Positions 10,347 to 19,429 of a stretch of 64,000 nt of DNA are shown one piece after another. Within the stretch, counting starts at the first letter, position 1. Each line of letters begins with the position of its first letter. The notes below the pieces were generated by a model, which saw nothing but the letters and a program-made list of their open reading frames with translations, did no database searches and was not told the DNA's origin. This stretch comes from an uncultured bacterium. GTDB taxonomy: Bacteria; Chloroflexota; UBA5177; JANWHV01. Both the position numbers and the translations under genes were made by a program. The DNA lies in assembly GCA_963827235.1 (NCBI GenBank), contig CAWHAE010000014.1:192001-256000 (forward strand), written 5' to 3'.

Positions 10347-10697
10347 GTGCACGAGCTTGGCCTGGCAGAGAGCATCGTCCAGATCGCGCGGAAGCAGGTC
10401 GAGCTCTACTCCGCCCGCCGGGTGAACTCAATCACCCTGCTGATCGGCGACGCGGTGGCCGTGGAGCCGGACTCGCTCCGCTTCGGGTTTGAGGTGATCG
10501 CACAGTCGGTTCCGGAACTGCTCCAGGCAGCTCTGGTGATCAGGGGTGCGCCGCACCGGGGTCGTTGTCGCACCTGTTCTACTGAGTTCGAGATTGTCGA
10601 CTACAGTGCCTGGTGCCCCGCCTGCGGCGCGGTATCCGTGGACGTGATCTCAGGCAATGAGTTTCAAGTGCTCGAGATGGACATCGAACAGGATTGA
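10347..10697 (+). CDS. hypA: Hydrogenase maturation nickel metallochaperone HypA
   Basis: AGGAGG RBS and GTG start; MHE Ni motif; CRTC and CPAC zinc sites. Confidence 0.93.
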   Translation: MHELGLAESIVQIARKQVELYSARRVNSITLLIGDAVAVEPDSLRFGFEVIAQSVPELLQAALVIRGAPHRGRCRTCSTEFEIVDYSAWCPACGAVSVDVISGNEFQVLEMDIEQD

Positions 10698-10718
10698 GCT
10701 AGGATCGAAGGAACGCTG

Positions 10719-11381
10719 GTGGTAAAGGTTACGGTGGCACAGCGCGTGCTCGCGGTAAATGACGACGTCGCTGACGAGATTCACGCGCAGCTCGCCGACC
10801 GTTCTATTCGCTGCATCAATCTGATGAGCTCCGCGGGTGCGGGAAAGACGGCACTGCTGGAGGAGACGATCCGGCGCCTGCAGGGGCACCTGGCCGTTGC
10901 GGTGATCGAGGGCGACATCGAGACTACCGCCGATGCCGAGCGGGTGGCGGCGGCCGGCGGCGAGAGCGTGCAGATCGTGACGCGAGGCAGTTGCCATCTC
11001 GAGGCGCATATGGTCCGTGATGCCCTGGCTCAGATCGACCTCGATCGCGTGGACTTGCTGTTTATCGAGAACATCGGTAATCTCGTCTGCCCTGCGGAGT
11101 GGAATCTCGGCGAAGACATCAAGGTGGTAGTGGCGAGCACCACGGAAGGTGACGATAAGCCGGCAAAGTACCCCCAGATGTTCGCCGCATCGCAGGTCGT
11201 GGTGGTCAACAAGATCGACCTGCTGCCGTATGTAACCTACGACCTGCGGCGCGTCAGAGATTTCGCCATGCGCGTCAACCCGGCCCTGAAGTTCTTTGAG
11301 GTTAGCTGCAGGTCGGGTGAGGGATTGGATGCGTGGTGCGACTGGGTAGTCGAGTTCGCAGCACACGGCGGGTTGAGATGA
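10719..11381 (+). CDS. hypB: Hydrogenase nickel incorporation GTPase HypB
   Basis: SSAGAGKT P-loop, EGD, CHL, IENIGNLVCP, EGDDKPAKYP, NKID. Confidence 0.95.
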   Translation: MVKVTVAQRVLAVNDDVADEIHAQLADRSIRCINLMSSAGAGKTALLEETIRRLQGHLAVAVIEGDIETTADAERVAAAGGESVQIVTRGSCHLEAHMVRDALAQIDLDRVDLLFIENIGNLVCPAEWNLGEDIKVVVASTTEGDDKPAKYPQMFAASQVVVVNKIDLLPYVTYDLRRVRDFAMRVNPALKFFEVSCRSGEGLDAWCDWVVEFAAHGGLR

Positions 11382-11692
11382 CGCCCTGCCCTGAATCATG
11401 GCAGATACCTTGACACACTGCATTACACAGCGCTCATCGCTAATATGCAACAAATCGGTTACGACATCTGGAACGATCCTGCCGCAGGCGCCCGGGCTGG
11501 CAAGTAGGCATTATCGAGCGCGGGCAGCGGGCGCCTTCACAGCGCGTGCGGGATAGCGCAACCGTCCGTAGCGGCGCTGTCTACGCAGGCGGTGACACCG
11601 GTCCGGCGATCGCCGGGCGCGGCGCGCACGCATCATCACGGTGAAAGCCACGCTTGCGGACGGGTATCCGGGGATGTCCCTTCGATGAGGGC

Positions 11693-12268
11693 CTACAGGT
11701 CGAGCCCGGCGCCACAAAGCAACTGCACGACTCGCTCGCGCTCCGGTGCGATAATCTCGCGAGCCTCCACGGTCAACCGGCTGAACACCGCGCCGGCACG
11801 GATTCTCAGCCACTCCACGCCGTCCGCGTAGTCCATGCCGCGCACGCGGTAAAGGTAGTAGAGCCAGTAGGCGGGCCGAGCAATCTGTGACATGACGTCC
11901 GCGTTCGAGATACAGATCTCCTCCGGGCTGCCGCCACCGGACGGTACTGGCGCGCCGTGCTTCTCGATGCATGAGCAGACTCGCTCCACGATGCCGGGGG
12001 CGAAGCCTTTCTCCCGCAGCAACTCGTGCGCGATACGCGCTGAGTCGTCAGCATGCGTGGCGAGCGTGGCCAGATCGCGGACTGCGGACAGGTCGTGCAG
12101 ATACGCTGCCAACTCGACGACTGCAGGATCGGCTCCTAGGCGAAGGCCCAGCGCGCCTGCATAGTGGGCCACCTGCTCGAGATGCTGGCCGAAGAACGCC
12201 GGGCTGAAGGCATTGGACGTGCTGCGGCATTCTCCTTCCACCAGCGCTTTGATCTCCTCAATGCCCAT
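11693..12268 (-). CDS. HD-domain protein
   Basis: H...AAYLHD...H...H...NAD pattern; GGAG RBS before MGIEE. Confidence 0.8.
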   Translation of the reverse strand: MGIEEIKALVEGECRSTSNAFSPAFFGQHLEQVAHYAGALGLRLGADPAVVELAAYLHDLSAVRDLATLATHADDSARIAHELLREKGFAPGIVERVCSCIEKHGAPVPSGGGSPEEICISNADVMSQIARPAYWLYYLYRVRGMDYADGVEWLRIRAGAVFSRLTVEAREIIAPERERVVQLLCGAGLDL

Positions 12269-12479
12269 GCTCGTTGCTCCATACGCGAACGCGGCGCCTT
12301 GCAAAGCACTCCGGTCGATCCTGCGTCCAGGAGGATGCTCGCGAGACTCTTCGCCACTACGATATGGCCGTTGTCGGCCCCATATCCCGGGTCTGGGCCA
12401 TCACAGATTGTACCGGCAATGTGGTCCGATACTGCCAGGACTGCCGAGATCCCCACCGCGTCGTCTCCGCGGGCACGAC

Positions 12480-13154
12480 CTAGCTCGATGCCGCGCCCGC
12501 GAGGCAGCCCGCGGCCGGGGCGGGCTCGAGGCGCACGAATGCGCCGACGACGCGCATAATCAATTCGTCGAGAGGCGCGGCATCGCTCGACAACTTCGAC
12601 CTCATCTGATCCCAGGTGGTGAAGCTTGTCAGCGACGTCACCACAGCGGTTGCCTCCTCCAGAGAAAGCGGCGGGAGCAGCCGGCCTTCCTCTGCGAGTC
12701 TGCGCATCACCAGCGCCGTCGACTCGCGCCGTACCCGGTCGCGAGCACCGAGCACGCCGGCAACCTGCAGGTCCAGGGCCGACAACCCAACGAAACGGCG
12801 GAACAGCGCCGGATCAGTGCTCCAGAAGCGACAAGCCATGGTCACCAGCGCGCGCAATGCCTCGGTCGGAGTCTGTTGTGAGAGTGCCACGGTGTTGCGT
12901 TGCACGCCTTCGCCGCGTCGAGTCAGATCGTCCGCCACCGCCTCCAACAGACCCACGCGCGACCCGAACTGGTTGTAGACCGTCATGCGCGTCACACAAG
13001 CACGCTTGGCCACCGCGTCCATGGCGAACGAGGAGCAGCTATCGCCGATCAGCATTTCTCGCGCCGACTCGACGATGCGCTGCCGCGTACGTCCGGCGTA
13101 TTCGGCCTGCTTGTCGTGATGCAGACCTTGCTTGATTTCACTCCCCACATTCAC
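12480..13154 (-). CDS. TetR/AcrR family transcriptional regulator
   Basis: TRQRIVESA...MDAVAKRACVTRMTVYNQFGSR HTH. Confidence 0.9.
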   Translation of the reverse strand: MNVGSEIKQGLHHDKQAEYAGRTRQRIVESAREMLIGDSCSSFAMDAVAKRACVTRMTVYNQFGSRVGLLEAVADDLTRRGEGVQRNTVALSQQTPTEALRALVTMACRFWSTDPALFRRFVGLSALDLQVAGVLGARDRVRRESTALVMRRLAEEGRLLPPLSLEEATAVVTSLTSFTTWDQMRSKLSSDAAPLDELIMRVVGAFVRLEPAPAAGCLAGAASS

Positions 13155-13168
13155 AGATGACGACCTCG

Positions 13169-13196
13169 GCTATACAAATTGTATAGCGACAGTCAA
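13169..13196 (-). promoter_or_regulatory. Putative TetR auto-operator overlapping its promoter
   Basis: Perfect 19-bp palindrome GCTATACAA-A-TTGTATAGC (13169-13187) next to a minus-strand TTGACT -35 (13191-13196), just upstream of tetR. Confidence 0.7.
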
Positions 13197-13224
13197 GTGC
13201 GGCGCTCGCTGCTGCGACGCCCGG

Positions 13225-15750
13225 TCACCGCCACCGCACGGCGACGTCCTGCGGATGCACCTCCTGAGTCTCATTCGTCACCCTCACCGAGCACTGCTCG
13301 CCTGGCAGCAAATCCAGGTAGTTGTCGCTGAAGCGCGTGCCCTCCACATTGACGATGAGGTGAACGTAGTAGGCGTAGTTCGACGCCACAAGACGGACGT
13401 CGACGGTGTGATTGTCCACTTGCGATGTGGTTACATCGACCAGTCCTGCCGGGCGCACCAAATCCTTGATCGCGCTAAAGAAGACGCGGTTTGACGGAAA
13501 GAGGCCGCCTGGAGAGCGAACCGCGAGATAGTGGCGCGGTGATGCATGAATCTTGCCCGCCGGCCACTTCGCCGTGACCGCGCTGGTGGATGCCGCTGCG
13601 TGGACGTGCAGGCTCTCGCGCCACACGGTCTCACCGTCGAATCCGCCATGCACCACCTCCACCGAGTCGGAAATGTCTGCACGGCTGTTGTTCGTGAGCC
13701 ACAGCTCGACGCCGCCGGCGGCGATCGTCTTCAAACTCGCGATGACCGGAGCGTACGACCGCCTCAAGTAGTAGTATCCGGCCTTACCGAAGCCGTAATA
13801 GTCCAGCACGCTCCAGCTCAGCACGGGCCAGCAATCGTTGAACTGCCAGACCAACGTACCCGCGCAGTGTGGGAATCGCCGTCGAAAGTGCTCGACGCCG
13901 AGCTTGAGACCCTCAGCTTGGGCGATCATGCTGAAGTCGACGTACTCCTCGAGGTCTCGGGGCAAGCCGGTAGCCGCCGCCATCAGATTGTCGCCCTTGT
14001 CCTTTGGGTTGTCCTTGTTGTGATGATCCATCGACTCGCTGTGGTGAAACAGTTGGTCGGCCGGCACGCAGCGACGAAGGGTCGACAGCACCGGAGCCGC
14101 GTGCATACCAAACTCGCTGATGAAGCGGCCCGTGTCCTCCGCGTAGTGAACGTAGCTGACGCCGTCCGGCGAATGATCCTCTCGGGGCTTCTCACCAAAA
14201 CGACGTGGCCGGCCGCCGTGCCAGACATCCCAGTTGTGGCGGTCGCCCTCCTCCATGCTGTTGAAGTCGTTTCCGCCGTACGGACTCCCCGGCCAGTACG
14301 GCGTGCGGCCGTCCAGGTCCTCGACCGCCCGCGGCAGCGTCTGGCTATAGTAGAGGTGCCCGGGCACCCGGGCGTTGGGGTCCTCCCAGTGCTGATTGCC
14401 GTAGATCCACTGATTCTCGTTGTTGCCGCACCATAGCGCAAGTGAGGGATGGTGGCGCAGGCGCCGCACCTGGTAAGCGGCCTCCGCGGCAACCTCGGCC
14501 TGCATGGCCTCGTCTTCGGGATAGGCGGCGCAGGCGAACATGAAGTCCTGCCAGACCAAGATGCCCAATCGATCGCATTCGTCGTAGAAGGCATCGTGCT
14601 CGTAGATGCCGCCGCCCCAGACGCGCAGCATGTTGTTGTTACCGTGCTGCGCAAGGTCCAGCAGAGCGGCGTAGCGTTCAGGACTTACCGTGCCCACGAA
14701 CGAGTCTGCCGGTATCCAGTCGGTTCCGCGCGCAAACACGGGTACGCCGTTGAGTATGAAGCGGAAGAAGCGGGTGCCCGGCTCGTCCTGGTCGGGCGAT
14801 TGGTCGAGTGCGAGGGTACGGATACCGACCTCATCTGCGACCGAGTCGAGAACCAGAGAGCCGCAAAGAAGGTCCACTTGAAGCAAGTACAATGCCGGGT
14901 CGCCGAGATCGTGCGTCCACCAGAGTTGAGGCCGATCGACGGTGAGGTGAGCCACGCCGCGCAAGCCGTCCGCTCCTCGCACGAGCGATACTGCCACCTC
15001 TGCCGCTACGGCTGCGCCTGAGATGGCGCCAGGCACATGCAGCGTGATGGCAGCCGTGAGTGCCTCGCTGCCTGCGAACTGCTCTGCCTCCACGGTCACT
15101 GCCACCAGAGCCCGGTCGACCTTGGCGTCGACATCGAGCGTGGCAAAGCGCACTCCGCTGAGCGTCGCCTTCTTCCTGCGCTGCAGCTCCACATCCCGCC
15201 AGATGCCCACGGTCGGCAGCCTGGGACCCCAGTCCCAACCGTAACCAAACTGCGCCTTGCGCATGGCCACCCGCGGAGGCATCCAGCTCTTCTCGGGAGC
15301 GTTCAGCAGAGCGCCGCAGTGGTCGAGGGGGCGATCGAAGCATAGGGAGAGCGTGTTATCGCCATTCACTCGCACTGCAGAGGTAACGTCGAACACCGCT
15401 TCTCGGAACATGTTCCTGTGCCGGCCCAGCTCGAGACCGTTGAGCCATATGGTGACGAACGTGTCCAGGCCGGCAAACACGAGCTGAAGCCGTTCGTCGT
15501 CCTGGAGTGCCAGGCGGGGACCATGGAAGACCAGGCGATACCACCACTCGCGTTCCTCGACCCAAGCGCACTCGAGCTCGTTCCGATCGTAGAACGGATC
15601 CGGAATCCGGCCTGCCGCGATGAGCGCCGAGTGCACGTCGCCCGGCACATCGACTGGGATCCAGCCAGAGTCGTCGAAGTGCTCGTTGAAGGCCCCGGCC
15701 GCCTTCCCAGCGCCCGGCTGAAAGTCCTGCAGTTTCCAGCGATCGAACAT
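13225..15750 (-). CDS. Beta-mannosidase (GH2)
   Basis: RKAQFGYGWDWGP, NMLRVWGGG, WQDFMFAC, WCGNNE, RFISEFG, WQFNDCWP; AAAGGA RBS before MFDRW. Confidence 0.93.
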   Translation of the reverse strand: MFDRWKLQDFQPGAGKAAGAFNEHFDDSGWIPVDVPGDVHSALIAAGRIPDPFYDRNELECAWVEEREWWYRLVFHGPRLALQDDERLQLVFAGLDTFVTIWLNGLELGRHRNMFREAVFDVTSAVRVNGDNTLSLCFDRPLDHCGALLNAPEKSWMPPRVAMRKAQFGYGWDWGPRLPTVGIWRDVELQRRKKATLSGVRFATLDVDAKVDRALVAVTVEAEQFAGSEALTAAITLHVPGAISGAAVAAEVAVSLVRGADGLRGVAHLTVDRPQLWWTHDLGDPALYLLQVDLLCGSLVLDSVADEVGIRTLALDQSPDQDEPGTRFFRFILNGVPVFARGTDWIPADSFVGTVSPERYAALLDLAQHGNNNMLRVWGGGIYEHDAFYDECDRLGILVWQDFMFACAAYPEDEAMQAEVAAEAAYQVRRLRHHPSLALWCGNNENQWIYGNQHWEDPNARVPGHLYYSQTLPRAVEDLDGRTPYWPGSPYGGNDFNSMEEGDRHNWDVWHGGRPRRFGEKPREDHSPDGVSYVHYAEDTGRFISEFGMHAAPVLSTLRRCVPADQLFHHSESMDHHNKDNPKDKGDNLMAAATGLPRDLEEYVDFSMIAQAEGLKLGVEHFRRRFPHCAGTLVWQFNDCWPVLSWSVLDYYGFGKAGYYYLRRSYAPVIASLKTIAAGGVELWLTNNSRADISDSVEVVHGGFDGETVWRESLHVHAAASTSAVTAKWPAGKIHASPRHYLAVRSPGGLFPSNRVFFSAIKDLVRPAGLVDVTTSQVDNHTVDVRLVASNYAYYVHLIVNVEGTRFSDNYLDLLPGEQCSVRVTNETQEVHPQDVAVRWR

Positions 15751-16183
15751 GCTGCACGAATCCTTTTCCATACGCGTGATGACGTGATGCCGGCTGATCG
15801 CCCGGTCCGCCACGTCTTTCACAGTGCAATGTTGCCGAGCCGGTCTGCGAAACAGGAATGGCACCAGGACCCAATCCGCCTGTGCCTGCCTCCTCGACTA
15901 CAGGCTCGGCGGCCGGCAGAAACTCGCCTGGCTCGAAAGCAGCAAATCCCAATACATTATCGTCTGCTTTGCCGGCTCGGCGTCCAGTGCCGGCATGGAC
16001 CTGGTACGGCTCACTATCGGGCGAGGCGGCATCGCGCGATCCGGAGCATATGCCCTGCGTCAGGAGCGGCTACACACACCGCTCACAATCGAGGATTCTA
16101 GCCGGCCGGCAGCGCGCGCGGCATTGACGAAGAGTACCAATCCACTGGGTTGAAGTGAATTCAGGTGAGGCTCTAGGAGGCGC

Positions 16184-16228
16184 ACTGCTCACCCCTCGCC
16201 GGCGTCGAGCCGATGAGGGGTGAGCAGT
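16184..16228. terminator. GC-rich stem-loop, probable terminator
   Basis: ACTGCTCACCCCTC...GAGGGGTGAGCAGT 14-bp perfect inverted repeat in intergenic DNA. Confidence 0.55.
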
Positions 16229-16564
16229 CGCTAGGACGGCCGTAAGTTCCAGCAGACCTATTGCCGCTGGATCGAGATCTGACGAACAGTCGAGCGTTCA
16301 TGCATTGAGGCCTGTGAGCGGAATCGAGTCAAGCCTGCCCAGCGAATGGGCCGCACAACCCGGGCGCAGCTTTGACTGCTCCCGCCCTCCCCAGCGCCGA
16401 GTCCGCTTCCCGCCTGTCTGAGCGGTTTTGAGGCTAGCGTCGCCACGCGCAAGGCCGCGAAGTCTCGGAGCCGTCTGCACGCAATAGCGCTGGAGAACGC
16501 GGACGGACTCGCTCCGCCCCTTGCCGGATCAGCAAAGCGATTGGCCGTGTGCTTGGTGCTCAGA

Positions 16565-16888
16565 TCAGCGGCGACTGACGGAGGAATGTCTCCAGATCTC
16601 GAGCGCCACCGCCACGAAGTGCCGGCATCCGGCGTGGTCCCTACCGTCGGAGCACGTGCACGACCACTGAAGGCCGTCCGGGGTGGAGCTCATCTCTACG
16701 GTTTCTGAGCGAGTGCCGCCGACCAGTGCCGTGACCGATCGCGAGCCGGACACGAGAAGAATAACGCGGCCGGCATCGTCGTCGTCCTGACCCTGCTCAA
16801 ACACGTCGGTACTCGTCCATTGGCGGACAGTTTCAGGATCAACCAGCTCCGCAACCAGCGCCATCACACCGTTCATCCGATCTAGCAT
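16565..16888 (-). CDS. Small SWIM zinc-finger protein
   Basis: WSCTCSDGRDHAGCRHFVAV matches CxC-xn-CxH; GGAG RBS before MLDRM. Confidence 0.7.
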   Translation of the reverse strand: MLDRMNGVMALVAELVDPETVRQWTSTDVFEQGQDDDDAGRVILLVSGSRSVTALVGGTRSETVEMSSTPDGLQWSCTCSDGRDHAGCRHFVAVALEIWRHSSVSRR

Positions 16889-17442
16889 CGACGTCTCCAA
16901 CCGATAGAGTGGATGTTCGCATTCGTATTCGCTTCGCGCCGTGCTCGGAGATCGATGCCCATTGGGCACAGTCCGGGTCCTGCCGATGCCGAGACGCGGT
17001 CGGGTCGAGCGAGGTCGTAGTCCTTTCGTGCCGGCTACAATCGGTCCTGGCCCGGAGCCATGCCGTCGACGCCCAGCCGTGCCTGACACGGTTCGGTACC
17101 CGGGATCCGGCGTATCTGGCACTATGGCAAGCCACGGTTACCCTAACACAGTGCTACAGCTTCCGCGTTACGTCAAGATGTTCCAGGAATTTGCTCGCTT
17201 GATGCCCTTGGCACGGGATTTCGTGCCTGTACTGCGTGCGCCGGCGCCGAGCAAGCGCACTCTCGGCGACTAATCCTTGCTGCTGGCGACGGTCGCGAAC
17301 GCGGTATGGTGGCGGCAGATCGACGTTGCCGGGTCAATGGAGTGTAGGCGCCGGCTTCTGCCCCGCGGCCGGTTGCCACAGTCGCAAAGGGCTATGTACT
17401 GGCAGTGATATTTGTGTTACCTTCAGTGCGTGATCGGCCCAA

Positions 17443-17456
17443 CTTGTCTAGACAAG
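17443..17456. promoter_or_regulatory. Palindromic operator, GntR (HutC-subfamily)-like
   Basis: Perfect 14-bp palindrome CTTGTCTAGACAAG about 55 bp upstream of a small ORF. Confidence 0.55.
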
Positions 17457-17509
17457 CAAGGCACAGTGTGATAGGAATCTGGCCGATCAAGTAGCCGGAG
17501 GATAGAGCT

Positions 17510-17737
17510 ATGAACGATATGCGGCCGCACTCCAGGCGGCATGCGGCGCTGCACCTGATTATCGGGCACGGTAGGGACCATTCGGTGGCGCCGAGCACCC
17601 ACGGCATCACACCAAAGCGGCCCACGGGCGTGACCTCGGCGGCGGCATTGCCGGCAGGCGCTAACCGGGCAGCCCAAGGCGAGGAGCCTCGCTTCCGCGA
17701 CGGTGACCAATTCATTCACTGGATGCCCGTGCACTGA
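17510..17737 (+). CDS. Small hypothetical protein (75 aa)
   Basis: GGAGG RBS 9 nt before ATG; upstream palindrome; no known family. Confidence 0.45.
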   Translation: MNDMRPHSRRHAALHLIIGHGRDHSVAPSTHGITPKRPTGVTSAAALPAGANRAAQGEEPRFRDGDQFIHWMPVH

Positions 17738-17805
17738 GCCGACAGTACCACTCGATCGCCGCCGACCGCCGCACCTGGATTGCAGCGGTCAGCGGTGGCC
17801 GCCGG

Positions 17806-19266
17806 TCAGACAGCCATCGCCACGTACTTCGTCTCGAGATACTCGTGGATACCCTCGGCGCCCCCTTCACGACCGATGCCGGACTGCTTGACGCCGCCGA
17901 AGGGCGCGGCAGGATTGGAAACCAACCCCTGGTTGAGTCCGACCATACCCACCTCCAGCGCCTCTACCACCCGTATCGCCCGCCGCAGGTCATTGGTAAA
18001 GGCGTATCCAACGAGCCCATAGTCGGTATCGTTCGCCAGCGCTATCGCTTCCTCCTCGGTGTCAAACGTGACCACCGGCGCCACCGGACCAAATATCTCC
18101 TCGCGCAGGAGCCGGGCACTCGCCGGTACACGGTCCAACAGCGTGGGCTCGTAGAAGTATCCTGGGCGCTGCGAGACGGCACCGCCTGCACGCACCCGGG
18201 CGCCTCTGGACACGGCGTCAAGCACCAGCTCATGCACCTTCGATTGGGCCAGATCGTCAATCAGCGGCCCGATCTGTACGCCCGGCTCCGTCCCGCGCCC
18301 GACGACGAGCGCGCTGATACGCTCCTCCATCAACGCGGTGAAGCGGTCGGCAACCTTTGAGGCAACGTACAGGCGGTTAGCAGCCGTACATGCTTCGCCT
18401 CCATTCCGCATCTTGGCAATCATCGCCCCGCTCACCGCGGCGTCGAGATCGGCGTCTTCGAACACCAGGAAAGGAGCGTTGCCACCCAGCTCCATGGACG
18501 TGCGCAGTACACATCCCGCCGCCTGAGCCAGCAGGTTGCGACCCACCTCGGTGGAGCCGGTGAACGAGAGCTTGCGAAGGCGCCGATCGCCAAGCAGTGG
18601 GCCCATGGTGGCCGAGGAGCGAGAGGTGGTCACGAGGTTAAGCACGCCGGCCGGTAGACCGCATTCCTCGAGCAGACGGGTAAGCATCAGCATGGACAGC
18701 GGTGTCTGCCGCGCGGGCTTGACGATCATCGTACAGCCCGCTGCAACGGCCGGCGCAATCTTGCGCGTGCCCATCGCGATGGGAAAGTTCCAGGGCGTGA
18801 TCAGGAGACAGGGGCCGACCGGCTGCTGCATAACCAGAAGTCTGCCCTGTCCGCTCGGAGTCACCGTGTAGCGGCCGTCGATGCGGACTGCCTCCTCCGC
18901 GAACCAGCGGAAGAACTCAGCGGCGTATGCCACCTCGGCTCGCGCCTCGGCCAGCGGCTTCCCCATCTCCAGCGTGATCAGGTAGGCCAGCATCTCGGCG
19001 CTCGCCAGCATCTTCTCGTAGGCGCGGCGCAGTATCTCCCCTCTCTCGCGCGGAGGGTACTTGGCCCATGCAGGCTGCGCTTGTGCCGCCGCGTCGAGGG
19101 CGTCGAGCGCGTCAGCCGACCCGGCATCGGCCACCTCGCTCAACACCGCCCGAGTGGCAGGATCGTCCACGGCGAGTCGCGCCCCGTACCGCGCGTCCCT
19201 CCACTCGCCCCCAATGAAGAGCTGGCTGGGAACGGCGGCGACGATGTCGGACTCACTGGCGACCAT
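17806..19266 (-). CDS. gabD: NAD(P)-dependent succinate-semialdehyde dehydrogenase
   Basis: ITPWNFP, SFTGSTEVG, MELGGNAP, RNGGEAC, EEIFGPVAP, PFGGVKQSGIGREG; GAGGAG RBS. Confidence 0.88.
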   Translation of the reverse strand: MVASESDIVAAVPSQLFIGGEWRDARYGARLAVDDPATRAVLSEVADAGSADALDALDAAAQAQPAWAKYPPRERGEILRRAYEKMLASAEMLAYLITLEMGKPLAEARAEVAYAAEFFRWFAEEAVRIDGRYTVTPSGQGRLLVMQQPVGPCLLITPWNFPIAMGTRKIAPAVAAGCTMIVKPARQTPLSMLMLTRLLEECGLPAGVLNLVTTSRSSATMGPLLGDRRLRKLSFTGSTEVGRNLLAQAAGCVLRTSMELGGNAPFLVFEDADLDAAVSGAMIAKMRNGGEACTAANRLYVASKVADRFTALMEERISALVVGRGTEPGVQIGPLIDDLAQSKVHELVLDAVSRGARVRAGGAVSQRPGYFYEPTLLDRVPASARLLREEIFGPVAPVVTFDTEEEAIALANDTDYGLVGYAFTNDLRRAIRVVEALEVGMVGLNQGLVSNPAAPFGGVKQSGIGREGGAEGIHEYLETKYVAMAV

Positions 19267-19429
19267 GGTTCTCCTCCTCGGCGATTCGGCTATTGAGTAC
19301 CCGCGGGGAGTCACCGCTCAGGCTGCCACACCGATGACGGCACGCCGGCCGCCGGAGGAATCTCCCCCAACACATTGTCTACACTCTACACGAGCAAGGC
19401 CTTGGCGTGCGCCGGACCTGCATGCCTAT

